A stretch of DNA of 64,000 nucleotides from Candidatus Nanopelagicales bacterium (GTDB lineage: Bacteria; Actinomycetota; Actinomycetes; S36-B12), in NCBI GenBank assembly GCA_017854795.1, contig JAFMHB010000005.1, forward strand, positions 10,143 to 74,142. The letters run 5' to 3'. Below, in pieces: positions 18,628-28,647 of this stretch. Position numbers and translations under genes: made by a program. Positions within the stretch are counted from its first letter, which is position 1; each line of letters begins with the position of its first letter. The notes beneath the pieces were generated by a model, which ran no database searches, had not been told where the DNA came from, and was given only the letters and a program-made list of their open reading frames with translations.

Positions 18628-19800
18628 TTATTGCGTGGACGTTGATTCCTCGACTCGATTCAGTGCGTGGCCCACGAATTGGGCAACCTGTTCTTCTTCA
18701 ACCAAGAAACCGTCGTGTCCAAATGGCGAGATCAGGAGGTGCAGTTCGTCTGCACCAGGGCTGGAGTCGACAATTTCTTGCTGAAGCCGCAGTGGGAAAA
18801 GACGATCGGAGTCAATCCCGACAACCGTAAGAGGCGCGTTAATTGTGTTCAGGGCATTCACCACACCGCCCCGACCCTCCCCCAAATCAAAGAGGGTCAT
18901 CGCCCTGGTCAATGCGATATATGTGTTGGCATCAAATCGACGTGCGAGTTTGTCAGCGTGGTGATTCAGGTAAGACTCCACGGCAAAGAGGCCTCCCTCT
19001 GAAGGCGATATGGTCCCTTGAAGATTCCGACCGAAACGTAAATCTAGTTCACTTTCGCTTCGATAACTGAGGTGAGCAATGCGACGCGCTAGCCCCATCC
19101 CTTCAACCGGTCCCACCGCTGATTCGTAATAGTCTCCATTTTTAAAGTGCGGATCCAATTCGATTGCAGCTATTTGGGTCGCATGAATACCTATTTCTTC
19201 GGCACTAACCGCTGCCGTTGATCCTAAAACGAGACCCCCGCGAACCGCTTCGGGGTAACGAACCATCCATTCCAGAACACGCATTCCACCAAGTGAAGGG
19301 CCTAGCATTAGTGCGTAGGACCCGATCCCAAGAAAGCTCGTGAGTGCGTATTCAACGCGAACCATGTCCCCGATGGTTATCACGGGGAAGCGCGATCCCC
19401 ATGCCTTACCGTCGGGTGCCGTACTCGATGGGCCTGTCGTACCTTGGCAACCGCCTAGAACGTTGGCGCAAATAACAAAATACTTGTCTGTATCAATGGG
19501 GGCACTCGGACCCACCAGAGAATTCCACCAACCACCGGTCGCGTGTCCCGGACCCGCTTCACCGGTTACGTGGGAGTCGCCCGTAAGTGCATGCGCAACG
19601 TAAATGGCATTGCTTGCGTCATCGTTGAGAACGCCCCACGTCTGGTAGGCGACCGTCACTTGATCAAACGTGAAACCAGAATCCGTTGTGAAAGGACCGA
19701 AGTCGAAAAAAAGTCGTTCACCTTGAGGGAAGCCCTCCCGCCAAGCAGCGCTGGCGGGAGGGTTTCCTTGATAACTTAAGGCTCCGTATTCGGTGTGCAT
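18628..19800 (-). CDS. metX: Homoserine O-acetyltransferase
   Basis: 390 aa with an alpha/beta hydrolase nucleophile motif (GPSLGGM) and N-terminal FTTDSGFTFDQVTVAYQTWG. It follows directly after metY. Confidence 0.9.
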   Translation of the reverse strand: MHTEYGALSYQGNPPASAAWREGFPQGERLFFDFGPFTTDSGFTFDQVTVAYQTWGVLNDDASNAIYVAHALTGDSHVTGEAGPGHATGGWWNSLVGPSAPIDTDKYFVICANVLGGCQGTTGPSSTAPDGKAWGSRFPVITIGDMVRVEYALTSFLGIGSYALMLGPSLGGMRVLEWMVRYPEAVRGGLVLGSTAAVSAEEIGIHATQIAAIELDPHFKNGDYYESAVGPVEGMGLARRIAHLSYRSESELDLRFGRNLQGTISPSEGGLFAVESYLNHHADKLARRFDANTYIALTRAMTLFDLGEGRGGVVNALNTINAPLTVVGIDSDRLFPLRLQQEIVDSSPGADELHLLISPFGHDGFLVEEEQVAQFVGHALNRVEESTSTQ

Positions 19801-21114
19801 TTACTTTTGGGCCGCTGCAAATCCGACTTCGAGGTCAGCCAGAATGTCGGATATACCTTCAATGCCCACTGCTAGACGAACGAGACCGGGCGTGACTCCT
19901 CCAGCGAGTTGCTCTTGTGGGGTCAACTGTGAATGAGTTGTAGATGCTGGGTGGATAACCAGACTTCGCACGTCTCCAATGTTGGCTACATGACTATGAA
20001 GAACGAGGCCTTCGACAAACTTCTTACCTGCCTCGACTCCCCCTTCGATCTCGAAACTGAGAACTCCGCCTGTTCCTTTAGGCGCGTATTTTTGACCATT
20101 GGAATACCACGGGCTTGAAGGAAGGCCTGCATAGTTCACTGAGAGAACCTCAGGTCGCTTCTCCAGCCATTCTGCAACGGCCAACGCGTTCTCGGTATGC
20201 CGCTGGACCCGAAGTGAGAGGGTTTCGATCCCTTGGGCAATCAGGAAAGCGTTAAACGGAGAAACTGCCGCCCCGATATCGCGCAGAAGCTGAACTCGAG
20301 CCTTGAGGATGAATGCCAGATTGACACCAAATGCGCCACCCACTCCAAGATCGCGCGCGTACACCAGTCCGTGGTAACTGGGGTCAGGCTGGTTGTAATT
20401 GGGGTAACGATCCGGGTACAACGAGTAATCAAAGGTTCCAGCATCAACGATTGCACCCGCGACAGCGGTTCCATGTCCGCCCAAATACTTGGTCGCCGAA
20501 TGGACCACAATGTCCGCACCAAATTCAATTGGCCTAATGAGATAAGGGGTCGCAACCGTGTTGTCAACAATCAGTGGAACCCCAAACTCGTGTGCAACCG
20601 CTGCGACCCCTGCGATATCCAACACGTCATTTCTGGGATTCGACAACGTCTCACCATAGAAAGCCTTAGTGTTCGGGCGAATTGCAGCTTTCCACGATGC
20701 TAAGTCGTCAGCGTCCTCCACAAATGAAACTTCGATCCCCAACTTTGGCAATGTGTAGTGAAACAAGTTGTAAGTTCCACCGTACAGACTGGCGCTGGAA
20801 ACAATATGGTCCCCTACTTCTGCGATATTGAGAATGGCGAGTGTCTCGGCAGCTTGGCCACTGGCAACAAGGAGGGCGCCCACGCCACCTTCAAGGGCCG
20901 CAATGCGGTCTTCAACCGCGGCTTGGGTTGGGTTCATTATTCGAGTGTAAATATTCCCCAGTTCCTTCAGAGCAAAAAGATTTGCCGCATGTTCTGTGTC
21001 TTTGAAAACATATGACGTGGTTTGGTAAATCGGCAGTGCCCGAGCTCCGGTTGCTTCGTCTGGGCTTTGTCCAGCGTGGATTTGCTTAGTCTCGAACGTC
21101 CATTTGTCAGTCAT
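19801..21114 (-). CDS. metY: O-acetylhomoserine aminocarboxypropyltransferase (sulfhydrylase)
   Basis: 437 aa with the motifs FETKQIHAGQ and YTRIMNPT and the PLP-lysine context HSATKYLGGHG. A GAAGGAG RBS precedes the ATG. Confidence 0.9.
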   Translation of the reverse strand: MTDKWTFETKQIHAGQSPDEATGARALPIYQTTSYVFKDTEHAANLFALKELGNIYTRIMNPTQAAVEDRIAALEGGVGALLVASGQAAETLAILNIAEVGDHIVSSASLYGGTYNLFHYTLPKLGIEVSFVEDADDLASWKAAIRPNTKAFYGETLSNPRNDVLDIAGVAAVAHEFGVPLIVDNTVATPYLIRPIEFGADIVVHSATKYLGGHGTAVAGAIVDAGTFDYSLYPDRYPNYNQPDPSYHGLVYARDLGVGGAFGVNLAFILKARVQLLRDIGAAVSPFNAFLIAQGIETLSLRVQRHTENALAVAEWLEKRPEVLSVNYAGLPSSPWYSNGQKYAPKGTGGVLSFEIEGGVEAGKKFVEGLVLHSHVANIGDVRSLVIHPASTTHSQLTPQEQLAGGVTPGLVRLAVGIEGISDILADLEVGFAAAQK

Positions 21115-21274
21115 GATTTACTCCTTCAGGTAGTTAATTAGCAAGCAATTTTGGGTTAATTCATCTGTGTGCAAATTTTGTATTCGGGTCTGGGCAGAGC
21201 GAGACCGCTCTCACTCAGGTGTAGATACTTGTGCAACAACAATGCATGGCAACCTCAATCAGTCTGGGGCCTTG

Positions 21275-21395
21275 CCTTATGCAAGACCCGCGCTTGCCAC
21301 AACGAGTGCGGCCAGGTCTCCACCGGGAGCACCCCACCGCGGTTGGAGGGTTGCCGTCTAGCTAGCCGGGGCTTAACGCTGGACTCTTGACCTAG
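21275..21395 (-). promoter_or_regulatory. SAM-IV riboswitch aptamer upstream of metY-metX
   Basis: The minus strand reads GGUCAAGAGUCCAGCGUUAAGCCCCGGCUAGCUAGACGGCAACCCUCCAACCGCGGUGGGGUGCUCCCGGUGGAGACCUGG...GGCAAGCGCGGGUC. This matches the conserved SAM-IV core strings AGCGUNAAGCCCCGGCU, GGCAACCCUCC, GCGGUGGGGUGC and GGCAAGCGCGGGUC. Confidence 0.85.
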
Positions 21396-21418
21396 GCCAA
21401 ACTATATCCGCATGTGGT

Positions 21419-22381
21419 TTATAGCGCTACATCAAGTCCAGCCAAGCATTGCTCACGAGTGAGTTCATTAACGCTCTCTAGCCAAAAACCTGGAGGGAGT
21501 GCATGTTCCAGCGCGGCACGAACCATGATCGCCAATGAGTAGCCTGGAGCATCAGTGACTGCACGATTGATACACAGGTTGGCCATCGCTCCATTTCCGT
21601 TGAGCCACCAACAAATTGCTGCGGTGGTAGCAATGGGTGCTCCACGCTTAGCGTCGAGTTTGGGTAGAAGTTCCGTTAATAATTTTGCCAAAAGCCGTCG
21701 GTCAAAAATATCATTCGCCATGTCCCATAAAATTGAGTCTCGAACACGAACATCTCCTAAGGCCACACTTAATCGAGCAAGTTCGCTCACGACAATGACA
21801 CCTCCTGCCCGACTCATCAGGTCCCTGACGAATTGGCTTTCGATTGACCTCCATCCAATGATTTCTTCTGACTCAGGAAGTTCAGGGAACTCCTCGGCGT
21901 CGATCATTTGTTGGGGGTTGCTCGCACATTGCTCCTCACGATCGAGGCGACTTACCCCCGGTGCTATAGGCGTCACATGTGGATCGCAATCATCACGACA
22001 TTCACGCGAGAATATGCGTTGTCCGATAACAACAAAAGCATCAGCGACGCTGATGCTTGCGTGATTCATAGCAAACTCAATTACGTCTACGGCATCATAA
22101 ACACGCGGGTGTAATTTGTCGATACAAACAATTAACACGGACTGATCCGCGCCGTAGGTTCGCCCCGGCTCAAGGTAGATTTCCACATCTGACTGACTCA
22201 GTCCTTCGGGGCTCACAAATGCAGCAATATCGCATCTCTGCGTAAGGACGACCTCGTCTCGTTTGAGCCAACGGATAATCAAGCTGTTTTCCGGATAAAA
22301 ACCGAATGAATCAATCAGTTCGCAGAGGGTTTCCTCGGCAACCTGCATACTTGAATAATGTGATTGCGTTAATGTTGTCAT
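21419..22381 (-). CDS. DUF4192 family protein
   Basis: 320 aa. The N-terminal segment ELIDSFGFYPENSLIIRW resembles the DUF4192 signature (the ...LGF.P..SLV.. pattern). Assigned from memory. Confidence 0.55.
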   Translation of the reverse strand: MTTLTQSHYSSMQVAEETLCELIDSFGFYPENSLIIRWLKRDEVVLTQRCDIAAFVSPEGLSQSDVEIYLEPGRTYGADQSVLIVCIDKLHPRVYDAVDVIEFAMNHASISVADAFVVIGQRIFSRECRDDCDPHVTPIAPGVSRLDREEQCASNPQQMIDAEEFPELPESEEIIGWRSIESQFVRDLMSRAGGVIVVSELARLSVALGDVRVRDSILWDMANDIFDRRLLAKLLTELLPKLDAKRGAPIATTAAICWWLNGNGAMANLCINRAVTDAPGYSLAIMVRAALEHALPPGFWLESVNELTREQCLAGLDVAL

Positions 22382-22499
22382 GATGCAAATCTGGCGTCTT
22401 ATTGACTCTATAACTAACAGGAATTGTCCTGATGTGGATTACAGGACGGAGAATCCACACATTGTGCAAATCCCTGATGAGTCCCCTGCGGGTTAGTGG

Positions 22500-23297
22500 T
22501 TACACCCGAGGATAGATATTTACGTAGTCCCAGTATTTAGCCGAAATTCCGTCACCGGATGAAGCACCGCGTAAGCGCCTGCTGACCCAAGGCCACCCAT
22601 GGTTCTTCGCCCAAGACGCGTGACCGAGCATCCGAGTGGGCAGAGCCGCCTGACCAATCTCCCCATCACTTACGAGCCAATCCGAACTTCCCCAACCCAA
22701 CGCTTGCATTGCGGCATCGGCAACAAGGGCATGGCCTCGTGGATTTAAATGAAGTCTGTCGGCATCCCACACTCGTGAATCGTTGAAAATAACCTTGTCC
22801 CAGAAATCCACGAGATAACAGTCATAAGCCTCTGCGATCGCCAAGGTTGCTGACCGCAGTCCCACAAATCGATCACGGATCAAAGCCATGACCTTCGAAT
22901 TACGTGATGAATCACCAAAGGCAAAGAGCAAAACATCATGGCCACCAGATCGCAACTCTCGAACGGCTTTTTCAAGCTCCGTTGCCTTGGTGTCCAAATC
23001 AAATGAACCACGCATAGCGTCATTGATTCCGCCTGCGAAGGACACCAATGCTGGATTCATCTCAAGCGCCCGCGGAACCTGTTCTTCCACCATTTGAGTT
23101 AACAACCGACCGCGAATTGCCAGATTTGCGTAATGCAGTGGATCGTTTTTTGAGCAGTACTCGTCGGCTAATTTTCCGGCCAAACGATCAGCCCAACCAA
23201 GATACAAATCATTAACACCAAGATCACCCACACCTTCGGTGAAACTGTCTCCAACCGCTACAAAAGATTTCCAATTCTTTGGCTGTGTGTTAATCAC
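22500..23297 (-). CDS. SGNH/GDSL hydrolase family protein
   Basis: 265 aa with block I ([10 protein letters not shown]), block III (GGINDA) and a C-terminal D..H ([12 protein letters not shown]). Confidence 0.8.
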   Translation of the reverse strand: MINTQPKNWKSFVAVGDSFTEGVGDLGVNDLYLGWADRLAGKLADEYCSKNDPLHYANLAIRGRLLTQMVEEQVPRALEMNPALVSFAGGINDAMRGSFDLDTKATELEKAVRELRSGGHDVLLFAFGDSSRNSKVMALIRDRFVGLRSATLAIAEAYDCYLVDFWDKVIFNDSRVWDADRLHLNPRGHALVADAAMQALGWGSSDWLVSDGEIGQAALPTRMLGHASWAKNHGWPWVSRRLRGASSGDGISAKYWDYVNIYPRV

Positions 23298-23339
23298 TAT
23301 GGTGAAACCCCGATCACAATTATTTTCGATGATCTACAT

Positions 23340-23385
23340 GAAAAGACCCGGCCGCCGAAGGCTTCCCCTCCCGCGACGACCGGGT
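23340..23385 (-). terminator. Rho-independent terminator downstream of the flippase-like membrane protein gene
   Basis: The minus strand reads ACCCGGUCGUCG-(16-nt loop)-CGGCGGCCGGGU followed by CUUUUC. The stem is about 12 bp, including G-U pairs. Confidence 0.6.
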
Positions 23386-23449
23386 TGGTAAAACCCTAGT
23401 GGGTGGTCATCGGATATTTCAACGGGACACTACTTTTGGGCTGAGATTC

Positions 23450-24559
23450 TCAAGCGTTGGTTGGCCCGGCTGACTGAGGTGACTTATCTGAAACCTTGGC
23501 CAGTGCTTGGCCAGCCTTCCGATACCAAGCAATGAGTGCAACCACACCGATCAAAATTTGAGGAATGAAACTTGCCGCTCTCCAGACGAGATCAGCCGCG
23601 GTAGCGGCTCCCGTCGAGGCCCCAAAGCTCACCAAGAGCGCGATCAAAGCCGCATCAACGGTGCCCAAACCTCCCGGTGTGATTGGGATCATTAATCCAA
23701 TCTGGGCGATTGCGAATGCGGCAAAAGCAGCGGCGAAGGATGTGCCTGCACTATCCCAACCCTCGACTCCGCGTAGGGCAACGTAGAGGATCAAAAATTG
23801 CGTAAAGGAAACCGCGATCTGTGCAGCGGTCAGGGCACCCCAACGTCGCTTGAGCACCTCATACATGTTTGCACGAAATTTGACGATCGGTGCTTGCACA
23901 TCTACGGTGGCGAGCGCCTTAATCCGCTTGCGAAATGGATTGATAACTTTATTGGCGAAGGCCCCGATTTTGACGGCCAATGGTTCCGAGCGCATGATGA
24001 GCACGAAAATAATGACTACCGCGGCCAAGATTGCGATCCCCAAAATCCCCGTTACGGCGTGTGTATCGGCGCCCAATCCAAAGAGGGTGATTGCCACTAC
24101 ACCCAACACCGGGAAAAATAAAGTGACAAAGGTGCTCCATAAGCCAACCGCTGTAATCGCGGCAGTAGCACTCGTTCCAGAGATCCCAAAAGTGTTGAGC
24201 ATGCCAAATTGCACAGCAAGACCAACCGCACCTCCACCGGGCACACCGTTGCTGATCGCGAACGCCGCCTGGTTGACCTGCTGGGACCGCCAATACTTCA
24301 GACCTGGTGTCGCAGCGAGAAACGGGAGTCCATAAGTAAGTAAGTACACCAACACACACACAACAATTAGGAAAATCGCCAAAGCGCTCATGGCTTCGAG
24401 GGCAGTTAGCGCTTCCGAATAACTACCTATTTGCGGGATTACCTTCCAAAAAATAACGATGATAAAAGCCAAACCGACAAGGCCCAGAATGATCGATTTC
24501 TTTTTATCCAAACCACCCGGGTTTGCACTGGGTTTTGGATTCTCCTGTTCGGCGATCAT
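23450..24559 (-). CDS. Lysylphosphatidylglycerol synthase TM-region / flippase-like (UPF0104) membrane protein
   Basis: It is multi-TM with the C-terminal motif IPITPGGLGTVDAALIALL. I chose ATG 24559 (MIAEQENPK); the longest ORF starts at 24607. Confidence 0.65.
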   Translation of the reverse strand: MIAEQENPKPSANPGGLDKKKSIILGLVGLAFIIVIFWKVIPQIGSYSEALTALEAMSALAIFLIVVCVLVYLLTYGLPFLAATPGLKYWRSQQVNQAAFAISNGVPGGGAVGLAVQFGMLNTFGISGTSATAAITAVGLWSTFVTLFFPVLGVVAITLFGLGADTHAVTGILGIAILAAVVIIFVLIMRSEPLAVKIGAFANKVINPFRKRIKALATVDVQAPIVKFRANMYEVLKRRWGALTAAQIAVSFTQFLILYVALRGVEGWDSAGTSFAAAFAAFAIAQIGLMIPITPGGLGTVDAALIALLVSFGASTGAATAADLVWRAASFIPQILIGVVALIAWYRKAGQALAKVSDKSPQSAGPTNA

Positions 24560-24687
24560 GAGCGTACTGTGCCATATGTTTTGGCCAATAAGTTGAAAAG
24601 GGCGCACTTTCGCTTTCGATTAACAGCCTTGGGCCCCCAACCGGGGGTGGATTCATGACCCCGGGCGGCATTAGGCAAGATGACGTC

Positions 24688-25329
24688 ATGCGGCTTGACC
24701 ATATTTCGTACGCGTGCAACAGCAGTGAGCTTGCCGACGTCGTACAAAGGATAGGACTCGAACTGGGAAACACCTTTGTCGACGGTGGTCGCCACCCTTC
24801 ATTCGGGACAAGAAACTTTACCCTGCCACTGGCACATGGCGTCTACATTGAAATTGTCAGTTCACTTGATCATCCTTCAGCACAAAAAGCCCCTTTCGGC
24901 AGAGCGGTGGCGCAGCGAGCCAGCACGGGGGGCGGTTGGATGAGTTGGGTGGTCGCAACCGATGACATTGCCAAGGTCGAAACTTTGCTTGGGCGCAGGG
25001 CAGCTGCTGGCCATCGCATTCGCCCCGATGGTGTCGATTTGCATTGGCGTCAATTGGGTGTTTTGGACACTATGGAACTGCCACAGTCCCCGTTCTTTGT
25101 CGAATGGGAAAGCCCAAAGGAACATCACCCGGCATTTGGCGGTGAACGCACCGGGATCAAAATCCTAGGTATCGAGATCAATTGCCCCACCCAGGATTTG
25201 GGACCCATGTCAGAATCCCTTGAGCCCTTGACTGGCCTGATCCAATGGAAGAATGACCCTGAAGCCGACGATTTTGGACTCACCGCGGTGATATTCGAAA
25301 CGCCGCACGGTCATGTTCGAATAGATTAA
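24688..25329 (+). CDS. VOC/glyoxalase-like domain protein
   Basis: MRLDHISYA...GGRHPSFGTRNFTLPLAHGVYIEIV matches the glyoxalase-like domain pattern. The longest ORF starts at 24655. Confidence 0.7.
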   Translation: MRLDHISYACNSSELADVVQRIGLELGNTFVDGGRHPSFGTRNFTLPLAHGVYIEIVSSLDHPSAQKAPFGRAVAQRASTGGGWMSWVVATDDIAKVETLLGRRAAAGHRIRPDGVDLHWRQLGVLDTMELPQSPFFVEWESPKEHHPAFGGERTGIKILGIEINCPTQDLGPMSESLEPLTGLIQWKNDPEADDFGLTAVIFETPHGHVRID

Positions 25330-25388
25330 GGTTTGGGCGTAGACCCAAATGGAATGTGGGTCTATTTCGAGATTAGGACATATATAAA

Positions 25389-26522
25389 ATGAGCACCCAA
25401 GTTCCGATGAATCAACCTGCGAACCAAGACTCCCCATCGGACGGTATCCCCGAAACTTTGCGCACCCTCTCTGGCATCACCTGGAGGCTATTAGTTCTGC
25501 TAGCGGGCGTTGGTGTAATCGTCCTCGGGATGGGAAGAATTTTCCCTGTCGTCTTTGCATTGTTTTTTGCGATGTTGGTAACAGCGTGGGCGACCCCCGT
25601 TATGAACCTTATCCACAAAATTCTACCCAAGGCCATCTCGATGATCTTGGCGCTTCTATTAATTGGTTCAGCCATCCTGCTCATCTTGTACGTGGTCATT
25701 TCGTCTTCAGTGGCTGAGGGACCCAAACTTGTCGCGAGTATCACCTCGGGAATCAATGAAGTTGAGAAATGGTTGCAGGAGGGGCCACTTAAGCTCACCG
25801 ACGATCGTCTCAGCACCCTCATGAGTGAGGCTCAGTCATACGGAGAAACTGCCGCCAAGGGTGTTGGTGAGAGTCTGCTTGCATCCATGGGTTCAATCGG
25901 CACCCTGGTTATCGCCGGCTCCGTTTTTATTTTTGGCGTGATCTTTTTCATGCTGACTCCCACGAGAATTTGGGACTGGTTTGTGGGCTGGCTTCCCAAG
26001 AGCATCGAGGAGCCTGTCAACGTTTCCGGTGGCATCGCATGGGGAGCAATCTCCGGCTACACGCGCGGAATTGTCATTATCGCGTTAGCTGACGCAACAC
26101 TGGTCTTCATCGGCCTGACAATTCTACAGGTTCCCCTTGCTCCAGCCCTCGCTGCCATTGTCTTCCTTGGAGCATTTATTCCGGTCATTGGTGCTCCCAT
26201 TGCGACTTTCTTTGCAGCCCTCGTCGCCCTTGCTGAGCGTGGTCCCGTTATTGCCCTATTGGTTATCGTGCTTACGGTGATCGTTGGTTCATTTGATGGA
26301 GATGTTTTGCAGCCACTTGTCATGGGCAAAGCGGTCAGCCTTCACCCACTCGCCATTATTTTGGCGATCGCTGCTGGGAGTATCGCCCTGGGAATAGTTG
26401 GGGCACTCATTGCCGTGCCTATTGCGGGTGCCGCTTACGGTGTCGCGAAGTACCTCACCGGCAGAGATCCTGATCAGCCGTTCCCACCAACGCAGCCCTT
26501 TGTTCCCACCGCAAACGCATAG
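25389..26522 (+). CDS. AI-2E family transporter (PerM/UPF0118)
   Basis: 377 aa with about 8 TM segments and a conserved C-terminal region (GAFIPVIGAPIATFFAALVAL...LQPLVMGKAVSLHPL). Confidence 0.85.
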   Translation: MSTQVPMNQPANQDSPSDGIPETLRTLSGITWRLLVLLAGVGVIVLGMGRIFPVVFALFFAMLVTAWATPVMNLIHKILPKAISMILALLLIGSAILLILYVVISSSVAEGPKLVASITSGINEVEKWLQEGPLKLTDDRLSTLMSEAQSYGETAAKGVGESLLASMGSIGTLVIAGSVFIFGVIFFMLTPTRIWDWFVGWLPKSIEEPVNVSGGIAWGAISGYTRGIVIIALADATLVFIGLTILQVPLAPALAAIVFLGAFIPVIGAPIATFFAALVALAERGPVIALLVIVLTVIVGSFDGDVLQPLVMGKAVSLHPLAIILAIAAGSIALGIVGALIAVPIAGAAYGVAKYLTGRDPDQPFPPTQPFVPTANA

Positions 26523-26538
26523 AACAGAAAACGTCGAT

Positions 26539-27045
26539 CTACATGCTTCGGGCATTAATATTGTCGATTGGCAGGTCATTTCCTGCTGCCACGCAGTAAC
26601 GCTCAATTCGCTCAGCGGATAAATTAATCCGCTTCAGCGATTTTGCCTTGATGCCATCTGTGCCCAATTTCGGATTCGCCTTGTTAACGTTATTTTGAAT
26701 TCGCTCAGCATTTGAGAGCGCCTTAGCAGGTAGTTCGCCGCCAATTACGGCAGAGTCAATCGACACCACCATCAGGTCAATGTCGGACTGAAGTTCACGA
26801 AGAAGATCCTTCTTCTGTTTCTTTGTGAGATCCGCTGTATCGCCATTAATTTGTGAGCGAACCAGATCAAGGGCGAAGTAGTCATCACAGGCATCCTGAG
26901 CCAAGACAGCGACAACCTCGACACTTTCGGATGGTGAGGGAATGACTGTGGGTGTCACCTCCGATTCAGCACTGCTGGAACAACCTGCAAGCACGAGAGA
27001 TGCACTGATTCCAATAAGTCCGACCGTGACGAATTTGCTGCGCAT
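26539..27045 (-). CDS. Putative lipoprotein, function unknown
   Basis: 168 aa with a signal peptide and lipobox (LVLAGCSS). Confidence 0.6.
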   Translation of the reverse strand: MRSKFVTVGLIGISASLVLAGCSSSAESEVTPTVIPSPSESVEVVAVLAQDACDDYFALDLVRSQINGDTADLTKKQKKDLLRELQSDIDLMVVSIDSAVIGGELPAKALSNAERIQNNVNKANPKLGTDGIKAKSLKRINLSAERIERYCVAAGNDLPIDNINARSM

Positions 27046-27258
27046 TCTGCTGCTCCTTCAAATTGTTCTTTAGGTACTCCCCAGTTTACGCCACATACGC
27101 CAGTACTGCGGGCACATTATGTGCCTGTTTATGAACGAAATTCATCCTGATCACTCATGTAATTGAAACTTCAAGGGGGGCGTTATCGGTATAGTCCGCG
27201 CATTCCAGATGTTTCGTCCACAAACCACCGCCCACTTCACAGAGTTGCTGAAGGATTC

Positions 27259-28494
27259 ATGATGCAAATTTCAACGCAAGAGATCATGTTGGCTGCGGCG
27301 CTGGTTTTCGGACTTTCAACCGCATGTCAAGTCATTGCTCCTCATCTTCGAATACCCTCGCTCGTTTTGCTCCTACCCGTCGGTTTTATTTTCGGACTAT
27401 TAGCTCCCCAATTCCGTTTTGATGAGATTCTTGGGTCTGCGTTTCCCGTCGCGGTCGACTTGATGGTGGCAATCATCCTCTTTCAGAGCGGAATGGAGCT
27501 CTCATCAATCCCCTTGAAAAACAAAGACAAGACCGTCGTGCGAAAACTCGTGTGGATTGGCTCTCCCATTACCTAGACAGTTGGGTCACTTGCCGCACAT
27601 TTCATCCTTGGATTCCAATGGCAACTGGCTTTTGTGCTGGGCGCATTTCTCATCGTGTCAGGCCCAACGGTTGTTGGGCCGATCCTTGATGTTGTTAAAC
27701 CAAACGCCAGAGTTCGTGGAATTCTGACGTGGGAGGGGACACTGCTTGATCCTTTAGGTGCCATCTTCGCGGTGGTTCTTTTTCAGGTGATTAAGGCCAG
27801 TAATGAATCATCACTGTTTACAGGAGTGGAACTGTTCCTTGTTGGGATTCTCACCGCAACGTTAGCCGCAGCTTTCGGTGTATTCCTCTTCGTCATTGGC
27901 GGCCGACTTGTTAGAAACTCCCCAACATTCGGTACCCAAGTTCTCCTCGGATCAGTCTCGCTCGCCGCAGGCCTGGCCAACTCAGTAAACGATGACAGTG
28001 GGCTGCTCACAGCACTGTTGACGGGTGTCACAGCCCCAAAACTCGCCCAAAAAAATGGCGCTAGTCTCGATGATGCAAAGCCATTTTTCAACACCATCGT
28101 TAGCATGGGAATCGGGGTTTTGTTCATCACTATCGCAGCTTTAGTTCCCTCGCCAACGTTTGCATCACTGGTGCTTCCCACCTTGTTGATCGCGCTCATC
28201 CTGCTTTTCGTGGTCAGACCGGTCGTTGTCGCGATAGGAACCACTGGATCAGGCATTGCTAGAAATGATCGTATTTTCATGGGCTGCATGTATCCCCGTG
28301 GCATTGTTGCCGCAGCAGCAGCATCAAGCATCGGAACCTCCCTGATTGCTCTGAAGATTCCTGATGCCGAGAATTTGTTGCCAGCAGCTTTCATAATCAT
28401 CACGGTCACGGTCACCGTCTATGGACTTACCGCTACGCCTCTGGCCAGAAAGCTCAAAATTCGTCACCCTGCCGGCGAACCACAAAATAACTAG
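27259..28494 (+). pseudogene. Cation:proton antiporter (CPA1 Na+/H+ exchanger) interrupted by one in-frame TAG at 27574-27576
   Basis: The two ORFs 27259-27576 and 27577/27634-28494 share a frame. The peptide reads through as ...LVWIGSPIT*TVGSLAAHFILGFQWQLAFVLGAFLIVSGPTVVGPIL..., a contiguous Na_H_exchanger sequence. Confidence 0.8.
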
Positions 28495-28536
28495 GTCCTG
28501 ATCTTAGATATTCACATCCGAATCGTTCTTGGCCAA

Positions 28537-28574
28537 GAGTAAGGGGCCTGACCCTAAGGCCAGACCCCTTACTC
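28537..28574. terminator. Stem-loop between convergent genes (antiporter and nrdJ), probably a bidirectional terminator
   Basis: GAGTAAGGGG-(18 nt)-CCCCTTACTC forms a 10-bp perfect stem. A second hairpin, GGCAGGA-N8-TCCTGCC, lies at 28595-28616. Confidence 0.5.
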
Positions 28575-28647
28575 GAACGGATTCATGATCCTCTGGCAGG
28601 AAATAGCAATCCTGCCCACTTTGACCCTTTGAGGCTGTCGAGTGAGA

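Noticed and set aside
27097-27109. An identical 13-mer, ACGCCAGTACTGC, shared by two intergenic regions (27097-27109 and 32099-32111).
   Set aside because: Identical 13-mer pairs are expected by chance many times in a 64-kb window when both strands are counted. The flanks do not extend the similarity, so this is insufficient to call a shared regulatory site.
3418-27576. The possibility that TAG is reassigned or read through in this organism, given in-frame TAGs upstream of sepH (3418-3420, 3424-3426) and within the antiporter (27574-27576).
   Set aside because: Many well-conserved genes in the window end naturally at TAG, including DUF4193, psuG, the PfkB kinase and sepH itself. TAG therefore functions as a normal stop codon.
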